Positions 28,743-39,724 of a DNA stretch of 64,000 nucleotides are shown piece after piece. The translations under genes were made by a program, and so were the position numbers. Location: assembly GCA_028819545.1 (NCBI GenBank), contig JAPPLG010000014.1, forward strand, positions 81,501-145,500, given 5' to 3'. Under the pieces are notes generated by a model. It did not search any database. It saw nothing but the letters and a program-made list of their open reading frames with translations, and was not told the DNA's origin. Origin of the DNA: Bdellovibrionales bacterium. Its GTDB lineage: Bacteria; Bdellovibrionota; Bdellovibrionia; Bdellovibrionales; UBA1609. The stretch's first letter is position 1; each line of letters begins with the position of its first letter.

Positions 28743-31700
28743 TATTCTCAGGGGGTATAAACTCCCTTATTTTTTCCAATACAGAAAAATTAACACTAAG
28801 AGGAGTTTGAGACTTCATTCTCAAAGAAGAAACACCAGTATTGATATTAAAAACAACCACTGAAGAGCCTTCATTGCTTTCTATAATTTGTTTGAGCCCT
28901 TTCATTTGCTCATCCTTAATTTGATCGGAAATTGAGATTTCAACTCTATTAGCCCGTGATAACAACATACTTAAAGGAGTTACTTTTTCTACAATACATT
29001 TATTATCTCTAGATTGAAAACGCCCTTCGATATACACAGGTTCATCTGATTGCAACAGCTTTTCATTATCCAGATACACATTGGAGAAAAATACCAAATC
29101 CAACAAGCCTGTACGATCCCCTAATTGAGCAAAACCCATTGCTGTTCCCTTGCGGGTTCTGACTTCTCTTAAATTTTCAATAATTCCCCAAACTTTTATT
29201 TGATCTTTAGGTTTTTCAACAATCTCATGGATTGTTTCTGAAGGGTAAGACTTTAAATAAGGTTTAAAGTAATCCAAAGGATGCTCACTTAAATAAAACC
29301 CAATGACTTGTTTTTCATGATTCAGTTTTTCTAAATTACTCCATTTTTGAGAATGTGCCAGACAAACTGTTTCTCCTTCATCCAATAGTGAGAATAAATC
29401 AGACTGCCCTGTTAAAATGTCCTGTTTCTTCTTTTCCGCCTTTTCAACCAGTAAATCAAAATTTGATGCTATTTCAAACCTTTCATATCCTAAACCATCA
29501 AAAGCTCCTGCCTTTACTAAAGAGTCTATTGTTTTTTTATTGACCCTTTTAGAATCTACAGATTCCAAAAAGTGATCAAAAGATTTAAATGAACCTATTT
29601 TTTCACGTACAGATACAATATGATGAACGGCCACACTCCCCACCCCTTTGATGGCCCCCAAAGCAAAATAAATCTCTTCACCATGAACAGAAAATTCATA
29701 TTCAGAATAATTGACATGAGGGGGTTTGAGTTTAATACCCCGCACTCTGGCATTTTGAATATATTTTGTGACTTTTGTGGTATCTCCCATTTCTGTTGTT
29801 AAAAGAGCGGCAAAAAATTCTACAGGATAGTAATGCTTCAGCCAGGCTGTCTGCGCCGCTAATACACAGTAGGCGGCCGCATGAGCCTTATTAAATCCAT
29901 ATTTTGCAAATTCAGCAACTGTATCAAATAATTTTTCAGACTTTTTCAAGTCATAATTTTTCTTTTGGGCTCCAGATAAAAATCGAGTCTTTTGTTTTCT
30001 CATTTCTGACGGAATTTTTTCTCCCATAGCTCTTCTTAAAACATCCGCTTCCGCATAACTGTAACCCGCAATCATGGCAGAAATAAGAAGCACCTGCTCC
30101 TGATAAACCACAATTCCATGGGTCTCTTTCAGAATGGACTCTAGCTCAGGAAATATATATTTAGCTGTTTTAGATTTTCTTCTTTCCAAATAAGTGGGAA
30201 TCATATCCATAGGCCCCGGTCGAAAGAGAGCATTGATTGCAATAATATCTTCAAAGCAGGTGGGTTTTGCTTTTCGGATCAGATCAGTGATCCCCTTTCC
30301 CTCAAACTGAAAAATACCTAATGTGTCCCCTTGACTCATAATATGATAAATCCCTTCATCAGACAGAGAAATATCTGTTGTTCTAATTTTTTTATCTCGA
30401 TTTTTTTCAATAAGCTCAAAAGCTCTTTGAATATGGGTAAGTGTTTTTAAGCCCAGAAAATCAAATTTGACCAAACCAATTTTTTTAGCGTATTTCAAAT
30501 CAAATTGAATAACATTTTCGTCTTCAGCCCCCCTATAAAGAGGTGCATAGTGCAAAATAGGTTTTTCCGCTATAATGACTCCTGCCGCATGAATACTCAC
30601 ATGGCGAACCAACCCTTCAATTCTTTGAGCAAGATCCATTAAAGTAAAAATTTGTGAATCTGTCTCTGTTAATTCTTTCAAGGCTGGATTTTGATTAAGA
30701 GCTTCCTGAAGAGAGATGCCCAACTGCTCTGGTATTAATTTTACAATAGCATCTACTTCTGAATAAGACATAGAAAGCACCCGCCCTACATCACGGATAG
30801 CCGCCCGCGCCTGTAGACGTCCAAAAGTAATCACCTGTGCAACAAAATCTTTTCCATATGTTTCCTGCACATGTTGAATCACACGGTTTCTATGCTCTTG
30901 ACAAAAATCAATATCAAAGTCAGGCATACTAATTCTTTCAGGATTTAAAAATCTTTCAAAAAGAAGATTTTGAGGCATAGGATCCAAATCAGTAATACCC
31001 AAAGTATAAGCCACCAATGAAGAAGCTCCAGAGCCTCTGCCCGGCCCCACAGGAATCCCCTCCTCTTTTGCCCAGTGAACAAACTCATGAACAATAAGGA
31101 AGTACCCCGTAAAACCCATAGAATCAATGATGTCTAACTCCTCTTTTAAGCGAGTTTGATATTGTTCCAAGTTAGAGACATTTTTCAATTTTTTCTTAAG
31201 ACCATTTTCAGCTAAGTATTTTAACTCTAATTTTAGATTTTTCTTTTTTTCCAAAATCGGAGTGGGCAAATGATAAATAGGACGATTTTGCTTGTCTTTC
31301 AGTTGAAACTCCAGCTGACAGCGATCTGCAACATCCAAAGTATTTTGTATTAAAGAAATATCTTCATCTTTAAATAAAACCCGCATTTGTTCTGCAGACT
31401 TAAATTCCTGTTCTCTATCTTCTCTTTTTCTATTTTCTAAAGTATCGTTTTCTCCAATGCATCTTAAAACATCCTGAATAATATAATCTTTTCTTTCTGT
31501 GTAATGAACATCATTTGCCGCCACTAATGGGAGAGACAAAATAGAAGAAGTTTCTTTTAAAAACTGATTGTAATCCTGAGGATTGGTTTTTGTATATTCC
31601 AAGTACAACCGGTCTTTAAAAATAGATTGTAAATCTTTAATTCTATTTAAAGCTTTTTCACTTCCGTAATTTCTGTAAATTTTAAAAACCTGGCCGGTTT

Positions 31701-32106
31701 CCCCTCCGGTCAGAGCAATAATATTTTGAGAGTATTTTGTTAAAACAGAGTCATCCACTCTTGGAATATAATAAAAACCTTCCTGATACCCTATGGTGCT
31801 GATATGACAAAGATTCCTATACCCTTCTTCATTTTGAGCTAAAAGAACCAAACTTTGCTCATAATCAATTTTTTTCTTTTTTTCCAATCGATCTTCAGTA
31901 AGATAAATTTCAGAACCTATAATAGGTTTAATTCCATTTTCTTTACATGTAAAATAAAGCTCCAAAGCTCCAAAAAGATTTCCATAATCTGTTAAAGCCA
32001 AAGCTGGCATATTATATTCAACACATTTTTTAACAAGATCTTCAATTTTTGAAGTTGCACGAAGAAGTGAATACTGTGAATGAACATGAAGGTGAACAAA
32101 TGACAA
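28729..32106 (-). CDS. dnaE: DNA polymerase III alpha subunit
   Basis: FVHLHVHSQYS PHP, GPGRGS, MPDFDIDF, KFDFLGL, YGFNKAH. Confidence 0.98.
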   Translation of the reverse strand: MSFVHLHVHSQYSLLRATSKIEDLVKKCVEYNMPALALTDYGNLFGALELYFTCKENGIKPIIGSEIYLTEDRLEKKKKIDYEQSLVLLAQNEEGYRNLCHISTIGYQEGFYYIPRVDDSVLTKYSQNIIALTGGETGQVFKIYRNYGSEKALNRIKDLQSIFKDRLYLEYTKTNPQDYNQFLKETSSILSLPLVAANDVHYTERKDYIIQDVLRCIGENDTLENRKREDREQEFKSAEQMRVLFKDEDISLIQNTLDVADRCQLEFQLKDKQNRPIYHLPTPILEKKKNLKLELKYLAENGLKKKLKNVSNLEQYQTRLKEELDIIDSMGFTGYFLIVHEFVHWAKEEGIPVGPGRGSGASSLVAYTLGITDLDPMPQNLLFERFLNPERISMPDFDIDFCQEHRNRVIQHVQETYGKDFVAQVITFGRLQARAAIRDVGRVLSMSYSEVDAIVKLIPEQLGISLQEALNQNPALKELTETDSQIFTLMDLAQRIEGLVRHVSIHAAGVIIAEKPILHYAPLYRGAEDENVIQFDLKYAKKIGLVKFDFLGLKTLTHIQRAFELIEKNRDKKIRTTDISLSDEGIYHIMSQGDTLGIFQFEGKGITDLIRKAKPTCFEDIIAINALFRPGPMDMIPTYLERRKSKTAKYIFPELESILKETHGIVVYQEQVLLISAMIAGYSYAEADVLRRAMGEKIPSEMRKQKTRFLSGAQKKNYDLKKSEKLFDTVAEFAKYGFNKAHAAAYCVLAAQTAWLKHYYPVEFFAALLTTEMGDTTKVTKYIQNARVRGIKLKPPHVNYSEYEFSVHGEEIYFALGAIKGVGSVAVHHIVSVREKIGSFKSFDHFLESVDSKRVNKKTIDSLVKAGAFDGLGYERFEIASNFDLLVEKAEKKKQDILTGQSDLFSLLDEGETVCLAHSQKWSNLEKLNHEKQVIGFYLSEHPLDYFKPYLKSYPSETIHEIVEKPKDQIKVWGIIENLREVRTRKGTAMGFAQLGDRTGLLDLVFFSNVYLDNEKLLQSDEPVYIEGRFQSRDNKCIVEKVTPLSMLLSRANRVEISISDQIKDEQMKGLKQIIESNEGSSVVVFNINTGVSSLRMKSQTPLSVNFSVLEKIREFIPPENIRFS

Positions 32107-32109
32107 GTT

Positions 32110-33615
32110 TTACTCCCATTCAATAGTCGCCGGCGGTTTAGATGTTATATCATAAACCACACGATTAATACCACGCACCTTGTTGGTGATTTTATTAGAA
32201 ACCTGCTCCAAAAAAGAAGAATCAAAGGGATACCAGTGGGCTGTCATCCCATCTGTAGAAGTCACTGCTCTTAATACCAGAGTTTTTTCAAAAGTTCTAA
32301 AGTCCCCCTGCACCCCTACAGAACGGCAAGGCAGTAACACGGCTAAAGACTGCCATATTTGATCGTATAAACCCTGATTTTTTAACTCAGAAATAAAAAT
32401 ATGATCTGCTTTTTTCAGCAGATCCAAGCTTTCTTTATCAACCTCCCCCAAGATACGAATAGCAAGACCAGGCCCTGGAAAAGGGTGTCTATTCAATATT
32501 TTATGGGGGATATCTAATTTTTTACCTAAAGATCTTACTTCATCTTTAAAGAGGTTTCTTATAGGTTCAACAAGCTTGAGGCCCAGTTCTTTTGGAAGCC
32601 CGCCCACATTGTGATGAGACTTAATGGTCGCACTGGGATTATGAGGGGAATAGCTTTCAATAACATCCGGATATAAAGTCCCTTGTGCAAGAAACTCAAT
32701 GTCAGAATCTTTATTCTGCTTAAAAACATCAATAAAGGTATGCCCAATGATTTTTCTTTTTTCTTCCGGATCTATAACTCCTTTTAACCTTTTTAGAAAA
32801 ATTTCTTCAGCTGAAATTCCTTCCACATTCAAACCCATCTGACGATAGTTTTCAAGCACCTCACTAAATTCATTTTCTCTAAGCAAACCTGTATCCACAA
32901 AAAGGCATTGAACATTTTGAGATCCTAGTATTTGTGTTAAAAGCTTGGCTACAACTGTGGAGTCCACACCACCGCTCAAAGCACAAAGCACCCTGCCTTT
33001 ACATGTTTTACGAACATAAGCTTCTATCTCCTGAAACATAGAATCTTCATTCCATAAGCCTTCTTCAGCCTGACACATATTTTTTGCAAAATATTTTAAT
33101 AAATCAAAACCTTTCTCTGTATGATGAACTTCAGGGTGAAACTGAAAGGTTAAAATTTTTCTGGATTCATCCAAATAAGAAACAGGCATCCCTTCATTTT
33201 CAGCCATTAACTTCATACCCAAAGGAGCTTTTTCCACAATATCTCCATGGCTCATCCACACCGTCTGTTCCTGTACATTTAAAAGAAGATTTTCTTTCCA
33301 CTTTATTTTTGTTTTACCATAAGCTCCTTGGGAAGACGGCTGTACCTTTCCTCCCAACTGATGACAAATCAACTGCATTCCATAACAAACACCCAAACAG
33401 GGAGCTATTTTAATTAACTTCTCAATAGAACACTCAGGAGCATTTTTTTCAAAAACAGAGTGCGGCCCACCACTTAAAATAATCCCATAGGGCTTATCTT
33501 TAATTGGAGTTTCATAGTGTTGAACTTCAGAGTAATAACCCATTTCACGCAGACGCCGGGCTAATAACCAAGTGTATTGAGAGCCAAAGTCAAGAATAAC
33601 AAATTTTTGTTTCAT
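32110..33615 (-). CDS. guaA: GMP synthase (glutamine-hydrolysing)
   Basis: LDFGSQY, GVCYGMQ, SGGVDS, IKSHHNVGG, KPPATIEWE. Confidence 0.98.
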   Translation of the reverse strand: MKQKFVILDFGSQYTWLLARRLREMGYYSEVQHYETPIKDKPYGIILSGGPHSVFEKNAPECSIEKLIKIAPCLGVCYGMQLICHQLGGKVQPSSQGAYGKTKIKWKENLLLNVQEQTVWMSHGDIVEKAPLGMKLMAENEGMPVSYLDESRKILTFQFHPEVHHTEKGFDLLKYFAKNMCQAEEGLWNEDSMFQEIEAYVRKTCKGRVLCALSGGVDSTVVAKLLTQILGSQNVQCLFVDTGLLRENEFSEVLENYRQMGLNVEGISAEEIFLKRLKGVIDPEEKRKIIGHTFIDVFKQNKDSDIEFLAQGTLYPDVIESYSPHNPSATIKSHHNVGGLPKELGLKLVEPIRNLFKDEVRSLGKKLDIPHKILNRHPFPGPGLAIRILGEVDKESLDLLKKADHIFISELKNQGLYDQIWQSLAVLLPCRSVGVQGDFRTFEKTLVLRAVTSTDGMTAHWYPFDSSFLEQVSNKITNKVRGINRVVYDITSKPPATIEWE

Positions 33616-33627
33616 TGGATGTGTATA

Positions 33628-33945
33628 TTACACACCAAAAGAAAATCCGCAACCACATGATTTTTTTGCATTGGGATTTGAGAAGGTAAAGCCCTTTCCA
33701 TTAAGCCCTCCGTCAAAATCCAAAATCATACCCATTAAATAAAGCAGGCTCTTGGAATCAACGACTATTTTAATCCCCTTAGACTCAAGAACACGATCCT
33801 GATCCCCTTTATGGGTATCAAAATCCAATTTATAGGAAAAGCCGGAACAGCCTCCCTCTTTAATAGCAATACGCAGGAAAGAAGACTCTTCCTTTTCTTG
33901 CAGGTGTTGAATCTGCTGAGCCGCTTGATCAGAAATTGAAATCAA
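33628..33945 (-). CDS. HesB/IscA family Fe-S cluster assembly accessory protein
   Basis: GGCSGFSY and NPNAKKSCGCG; likely TTG start at 33945 after GAGGG (ORF track extends to 34053). Confidence 0.9.
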   Translation of the reverse strand: MISISDQAAQQIQHLQEKEESSFLRIAIKEGGCSGFSYKLDFDTHKGDQDRVLESKGIKIVVDSKSLLYLMGMILDFDGGLNGKGFTFSNPNAKKSCGCGFSFGV

Positions 33946-34099
33946 TTTACCCTCACTAAGACTTAAGTTTATAGTCTTTATTTTACCAAAAATGAACTTC
34001 ATTGAAAAGAGCTTTGTTTTCTTATAAAAAATATGAGAGTTTTGAAGCCACATTTTTTATGCATCTTAAGTATTTAAAGATAAACCCAAGCAGGTAAAA

Positions 34100-35266
34100 A
34101 TGACAAATTGGAAAAATTTTGATGTATTTAACCCCACCCCTGAGCACCAATTATTAAGAAAAAGCATCAGGCAATTTGTCATCCAGGAAGTAGAACCTCA
34201 GGCTTTAGGTTTTGATCAAAAAGAATCATTTAATTTACCTCTATTTAAAAAATTAGGGCCTTTAGGGCTATTGGCCTTAACCTCCGGAGAAGGTATGGGA
34301 ATGGATGCTATAGCTTCTGTTATTGCTCATGAAGAGCTGAGCTATTCTGATCCAGGGTTTTGCTTGGCTTATTTAGCCCATGCTGTTTTATGTGTTCATA
34401 ATATCAGTCAAAATGCGACTAAAGAACAACAACAAAAATGGCTCCCAAAACTATCTTCAGGTGAATGGGTCGGCGCTATGGCCATGTCAGAGCCAGACGT
34501 CGGCACAGATGTTTTGGCAATGAGCACCACTTCTTACAAAGAGGGAGATTATTATATTTTAAACGGTAGAAAAATGTGGATCACCAATGGAACAATTTCT
34601 GATGATGGAGAATTGGTAGACGCCTGCCTTGTCTATGCTCGAAAGAAAGACAGCAAAGACATTACCTTGTTTTTTGTAGAAAAAGGATTTTCTGGATTCT
34701 CTGCAGGTCAAAAAATTAAAGGTAAAACAGGAATGAGGGCTTCCAATACCTCAGAACTTATTTTTGATAATTGCAAAGTTCCAGCTTCACACCTTATTGG
34801 AGAAGAGGGAAAAGCCCTTTATCCTATGATGAAAAATTTGGAGATAGAAAGACTGACTTTAGCGGCTATGAGTTTAGGCATTGGAAGAAGAGCTTTTGAC
34901 GAGATGAATAAATATGCCTCTCAACGTCAAGCTTTTGGGCAAAAAATTCGGCAGTTTGGGCAAATACAAAAATACTTGGCTCAAAGTTATGCAGAATTAA
35001 ATTCCTGTAGATCTTATGTTTATCTTACAGCTTTACAAACTCAATTTGGCAAAACCCAACAGAGATTAAATTCAGATTCTTCAAAGCTTTTAGCCTCACA
35101 GATTGGAAAAAATATTGCAGACCGGGCAATACAGGTATTGGGAGGCTATGGTTATGTTGGAGAGTATGTTGTGGAAAGACTTTGGAGAGATGCTAAACTT
35201 TTGGAAATTGGCGGCGGTACTATAGAAGCTTTGGAAAAAAATATTGCCAAAGAACTGTCTTTATAA
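34100..35266 (+). CDS. Isovaleryl-CoA-type acyl-CoA dehydrogenase
   Basis: AMSEPDVGTD, NGRKMWITNG, GMRASNT, LEIERL, LEIGGGT. Confidence 0.9.
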   Translation: MTNWKNFDVFNPTPEHQLLRKSIRQFVIQEVEPQALGFDQKESFNLPLFKKLGPLGLLALTSGEGMGMDAIASVIAHEELSYSDPGFCLAYLAHAVLCVHNISQNATKEQQQKWLPKLSSGEWVGAMAMSEPDVGTDVLAMSTTSYKEGDYYILNGRKMWITNGTISDDGELVDACLVYARKKDSKDITLFFVEKGFSGFSAGQKIKGKTGMRASNTSELIFDNCKVPASHLIGEEGKALYPMMKNLEIERLTLAAMSLGIGRRAFDEMNKYASQRQAFGQKIRQFGQIQKYLAQSYAELNSCRSYVYLTALQTQFGKTQQRLNSDSSKLLASQIGKNIADRAIQVLGGYGYVGEYVVERLWRDAKLLEIGGGTIEALEKNIAKELSL

Positions 35267-35296
35267 AAATGGACCCCCTACGAAGATGAAGGTCCA
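35265..35296 (-). terminator. Intrinsic terminator on the minus strand
   Basis: tggaccttc-N9-gggggtcca stem (2 G-U pairs) followed by U5. Confidence 0.65.
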
Positions 35297-35388
35297 GTCA
35301 TGTATGTTTCATGTTGTATTTTATTCATAAGAGTTTTCTATAAAGTCGGGTAATACTTAGTATAAACAACTCAAAGCTCAAACAACAA

Positions 35389-35405
35389 AGCAGTGCAGGT
35401 GCCAA
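35389..35405 (-). promoter_or_regulatory. Putative sigma-54 (-24/-12) promoter
   Basis: TTGGCACCTGCACTGCT; GG-N10-GC spacing. Confidence 0.45.
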
Positions 35406-35448
35406 CCGATGCCACTGAACAGAAGAAAGTCCGGAATGACTTTCATGC

Positions 35449-36903
35449 TTAGCACATTTGACTAAGAAGTTGATTGGATCGTTGAATAAGTGTTTCTCTT
35501 GGAATCAACTCTATAATAGCTTTAAGTTCCAAACCCTCTACCTGTCCTATCATAACAGCTCGAAGAGGTTTAAATAACAAAGCTCCTTTAATGTTCAACT
35601 TTGTTTTAATACTATTTTGAATATTTTTAAAATCTTCCAAAGAAATATATTCTGTTTTGACTTTTTCCAATTCCTCTTTCCACAGTTGAATTAAATTTTT
35701 TGTATGAGACCATTCGAAAATCTCTTTTACAGAATCATCTATCTTAAAATAATCATAGCTTAAAAAACGAAAAACCTCTACAGCCTCCTTTAAAGTGGAA
35801 AAAGAAGACTTTAAAGAGTGAAAAGATTTCTCTTTTAAAGATTCGTTATTTAAAAACGGAAGATTGATTTTATCCCGATCTAAAAGAGGTTGAAGCATCT
35901 TCCAAAATTCTTTATAATCCATAGAACGAATATGCTGAGCATTAATCCACTTTAACTTATTTTCATCAAAAACAGCCCCTGCCGGATTTAAGTTTTTTTC
36001 TGAAAACTTTGAAATTAATTCTGAAAAACTAAAAACCTCCTGATTGTCTTTAGGGTTCCAGCCTAAAAGAGCTAAAAAGTTATTCAATGCTGAAGGCAAA
36101 TGACCCTGCTCTTTATACTCTAAACAAGAAAGAGCCCCTTCCCTTTTACTCAACTTTTTCTTATCAGTAGATAAAATAAGAGAAAGGTGTCCATAAACAG
36201 GAGAAGCCCAACCCAAAGCTTCAAAAATAATCAACTGTCTCAAAGTATTCGGTAGATGCTCTTCTGCTCGAAAAATATGACTGATCTTCATTAAAGCATC
36301 ATCCACAGCACAACAAAAATTATAAACAGGAAGCCCGTTGGATCTTATTAAAACAAAATCTCCTATCATATCGGATGGAAACTCCACTCTTCCCCGAACA
36401 ACATCATCAACAACATAATTTTTGGCAGTCTCAGGCATTTTAAAGCGAATAACCGGTTTTACATTTTGTTTTTTCTTAGCCTCTTCTTGACTCCAATTTC
36501 GATAAGGGCTTTTGACACGGAAAGGTTTTCCTTCTTTTTGAGAAGTTTCTTTCATATGTGCCAGTTCATCATCCGTGAGAAAACAATAATAAGCTTTTCC
36601 GGAATCCAAGAGTTTTTGAGCATATTGGTTGTAAACATCCAATCTTTGACTTTGTCTATAAGGACCGTACTCCCCTGCCTTATCCATCCCTTCATCCCAA
36701 TCAAGACCCAACCATTTCAAAGCTGTTAACTGCTCTGTTAAAAAATGTTCTTGATTTCGGTCCAGATCTGTATCTTCTACACGCAAGATAAATCGGCCGC
36801 CATATTTTTTAGCAAAAAGAAAATTAAAAAGAGCTGTTCTGGCTCCACCAACATGAAGAGCCCCGGTAGGGCTTGGAGCAAACCTAACACGTATATTTTT
36901 CAA
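35449..36903 (-). CDS. gltX: Glutamyl-tRNA synthetase
   Basis: RFAPSPTG.LHVGGAR, RVEDTD, GPYRQS, KKLSKR. Confidence 0.97.
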   Translation of the reverse strand: MKNIRVRFAPSPTGALHVGGARTALFNFLFAKKYGGRFILRVEDTDLDRNQEHFLTEQLTALKWLGLDWDEGMDKAGEYGPYRQSQRLDVYNQYAQKLLDSGKAYYCFLTDDELAHMKETSQKEGKPFRVKSPYRNWSQEEAKKKQNVKPVIRFKMPETAKNYVVDDVVRGRVEFPSDMIGDFVLIRSNGLPVYNFCCAVDDALMKISHIFRAEEHLPNTLRQLIIFEALGWASPVYGHLSLILSTDKKKLSKREGALSCLEYKEQGHLPSALNNFLALLGWNPKDNQEVFSFSELISKFSEKNLNPAGAVFDENKLKWINAQHIRSMDYKEFWKMLQPLLDRDKINLPFLNNESLKEKSFHSLKSSFSTLKEAVEVFRFLSYDYFKIDDSVKEIFEWSHTKNLIQLWKEELEKVKTEYISLEDFKNIQNSIKTKLNIKGALLFKPLRAVMIGQVEGLELKAIIELIPRETLIQRSNQLLSQMC

Positions 36904-37409
36904 TGTTTTTGTACGAAAATAATTTGAGAGGCTTCATTTAAAATTTGTTTTCCTTCAATATTACCTAAAACAAGAAGCACTTCTTTAGAAAACAAATCCC
37001 AAGCTTGATCCAGCAATTGTTTTTCCCCGAAACTTAAATTTTTTCTCATTTTCATAAGTGACAATTCTTTTAGAACATAAGCAACATCAAGCAAAGAACC
37101 TGTTTTTAATTTTTTCATATATTCTTGTATTTTCTTATTCCAATTTTTCATATTTTTAAGCTGAAAATCAGACTCTTTCAAAACCCCCATAACTTCTTCA
37201 ATTTGGCCTCGATTGACCAGCCGACGAAGCCCTCCCTTTTGGTGAGTGCGATTCTTTGGAACTAATATATCTGTAGCAGAATCCTTAATTCGAACAGAAT
37301 AAAAAGTTTCTTTATTACCTAAAATCTCCCTAGTTTCAATAGCAGTAATTTCTCCAACACCATAGCCAGCATAAACTGCTGAATCCCCCACTTTAAAAGC
37401 TAACGACAT
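36900..37409 (-). CDS. carD: CarD/CdnL family transcriptional regulator
   Basis: FKVGD..VY..YGVGEI, NWNKK, LKTGSL, LSFGEK. Confidence 0.88.
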   Translation of the reverse strand: MSLAFKVGDSAVYAGYGVGEITAIETREILGNKETFYSVRIKDSATDILVPKNRTHQKGGLRRLVNRGQIEEVMGVLKESDFQLKNMKNWNKKIQEYMKKLKTGSLLDVAYVLKELSLMKMRKNLSFGEKQLLDQAWDLFSKEVLLVLGNIEGKQILNEASQIIFVQKH

Positions 37410-37498
37410 AAATCCTCCTTATTCGAGGACTACTTATAACAGAATTGTTCTTATTATTCAAAAAAAATCCGACAGCCTAATGAATAGTTTACAGAATA

Positions 37499-39700
37499 TT
37501 AGTATTTTATACTTGCACTGCTTGATCTGGATACACTGACTACATTTTTAATTTGTTCTAAACAGCGAATAATAGATCTAAGCTCCTCTATATCACGCAC
37601 CTCAAAACTCACGAATACATCCGCTTTTAAATCATCTTCCCTGGCTGCAGAAGCTAGCTCTAAAATATTAATACTTCTTTCAGTAAAAATATTGGAGATA
37701 TTATTGAGTGTACCTGTTTCATCGTAAACCATAATTTTAACATGAACAACTTGCTTAAATTCATCTTTAATTCTCCAGGAAACATCTACATACCTTTCAG
37801 GAGTCAAGTTTTGGAGTTTCTTACATTCACGCTGATGTACGACAATCCCTCTTTCCACACTGATATAACCTAAAATATCTTCACCCGGTAAAGGAGCACA
37901 GCACTTGGCCAATTGAACCATCACACTGCCCATACCCTCCACTTCAATCGGAGAGTCATGTTTTTTCTTGGATTTCTTTGGAGCCTCAGGCACCTTTGGA
38001 GCAACTAAGTCTTTCCCTAATACTTTTTGAATAAAATTTTGTGTAATGACTTTTCCGTAACCTATTTGAGCATAAATATCTTCATGGGTATTGAGCCCCA
38101 TACTTACCATTGTTTTCTTGCATTCTGATTGCTTTAAAAATCTGTCCAAAGAAAAATCCACCTTTTTTAATTCCTTATCCAACAGTTTTTGACCCACCTG
38201 AACAGCCATTTTTCTTTCTTCATCTTTGATATAACTGCGAATTCTCGAACGAGCCTTTGAAGTCATACAAATATTCAACCATTCCCTAACCGGATGGCTT
38301 TTTTCAGATGTGTTCACCTCTATAACATCTCCATTTTGAAGTTTGTATTTTAGAGGAACAATACGTCCATTAACCTTAGCTTCTTTTAATTTATTGCCGA
38401 TATCTGTATGAACAGCATAAGCAAAATCAATAGGAGTAGCTCCAGATGAAAACTCTTTAACATCACCTTTTGGAGTAAAGACATATATATCTGATTCAAA
38501 TAAATCTTTCTTAACACTTTCTAAAAATACATTGGAGTGCTGGGCCTGGCGATGAAGAGCCACTAAATCCTGAAGCCATGAAAACTTTTTTAAAGTTTGA
38601 GTTTGCACTTTTACATTTTTTAAAAATGCCTCATCTTTATATTGCCAGTGAGCGGCCACTCCTCTTTCTGCAATATAGTGCATATCATAAGTGCGAATTT
38701 GAATTTCAAGTTTTTTACCTTGAGGTCCAATCACCGTTGTATGAAGACTTTGATAGTTATTTGCTTTAGGAATCGCGATAAAATCTTTAAACCTTCCGGG
38801 GATGGGTTTCCATAGAGAATGCACCCAGCCTAAAAGTTCATAACATTCATGCATTTTCTGCGTGCAAATACGAAAAGCAATAATATCATAAACCTCAGCG
38901 TATGATATTTTTTGATTTTGCATTTTTTTATATATGGAGTACATATTTTTCGTACGACCTTTAATTTCAAATTTAACTTTTGTTTTTTTAGCAAGCTCCT
39001 CAGTTAAAAATGCGATGACATCTTTAATGTATTTATTTCTTTCTTTTGTTTCCTCTTCAAATTGTTGAAATATAGACGAATAAACTTCCGGATATATATA
39101 CTTAAAAGCCAAATCTTCCAGCTCCATTTTGATAGAATGAAGCCCCAACCGCCCGGCCAAAGGGGCATAAATATTTAAAGTTTCCTGGGATATTCTTAGC
39201 TGTCTTTCTTCAGATAAGGGGGCCAGTGTTCTCATATTGTGAAGACGATCTGCCAGCTTCACCAAAATAACTCGTACATCCTTCCCCATAGATACGAACA
39301 TTTTTCTAATATTTTCACTTTCTCTTTCATAATTGCTTTTAAACTTAATTTGAGAAAGTTTTGTGACTCCATCCACAAGAAAAGCTACAGATTTTCCAAA
39401 ATCTTTTTTAATTTCATGCAAAGTAATTGAAGTGTCTTCAACCACATCATGCAAAAGAGCTGTCACAATAGAAGAAACATCCAGATGAAGTTCGGCTAAA
39501 ATCATAGCCACTTCTAGGGGATGCTCAATAAAAGGTTCTCCGGTTTTTCTAAATTGTCCGTGATGAGCTTTATCCGACAACCAAAAAGCTTTTTTAATTA
39601 AATTATGATCTTCTGAGGATAGGTACTCATGTGTCCTTTTGATCAAAGGATTGATTTTGGATGAATCAATAGTTTGGCTGTTGGAAACTCCCATTAACAT
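37499..39700 (-). CDS. spoT: Bifunctional (p)ppGpp synthetase/hydrolase RelA/SpoT
   Basis: LLHDVVED, KLADRLHNMRTL, YQSLHT, EIQIRT, TGS and ACT domains. Confidence 0.96.
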   Translation of the reverse strand: MLMGVSNSQTIDSSKINPLIKRTHEYLSSEDHNLIKKAFWLSDKAHHGQFRKTGEPFIEHPLEVAMILAELHLDVSSIVTALLHDVVEDTSITLHEIKKDFGKSVAFLVDGVTKLSQIKFKSNYERESENIRKMFVSMGKDVRVILVKLADRLHNMRTLAPLSEERQLRISQETLNIYAPLAGRLGLHSIKMELEDLAFKYIYPEVYSSIFQQFEEETKERNKYIKDVIAFLTEELAKKTKVKFEIKGRTKNMYSIYKKMQNQKISYAEVYDIIAFRICTQKMHECYELLGWVHSLWKPIPGRFKDFIAIPKANNYQSLHTTVIGPQGKKLEIQIRTYDMHYIAERGVAAHWQYKDEAFLKNVKVQTQTLKKFSWLQDLVALHRQAQHSNVFLESVKKDLFESDIYVFTPKGDVKEFSSGATPIDFAYAVHTDIGNKLKEAKVNGRIVPLKYKLQNGDVIEVNTSEKSHPVREWLNICMTSKARSRIRSYIKDEERKMAVQVGQKLLDKELKKVDFSLDRFLKQSECKKTMVSMGLNTHEDIYAQIGYGKVITQNFIQKVLGKDLVAPKVPEAPKKSKKKHDSPIEVEGMGSVMVQLAKCCAPLPGEDILGYISVERGIVVHQRECKKLQNLTPERYVDVSWRIKDEFKQVVHVKIMVYDETGTLNNISNIFTERSINILELASAAREDDLKADVFVSFEVRDIEELRSIIRCLEQIKNVVSVSRSSSASIKY

Positions 39701-39724
39701 TCATTATAGCAAATGAAACGGCAA

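Noticed and set aside
28729-32106. Intein or split in dnaE
   Set aside because: Normal length with continuous motifs
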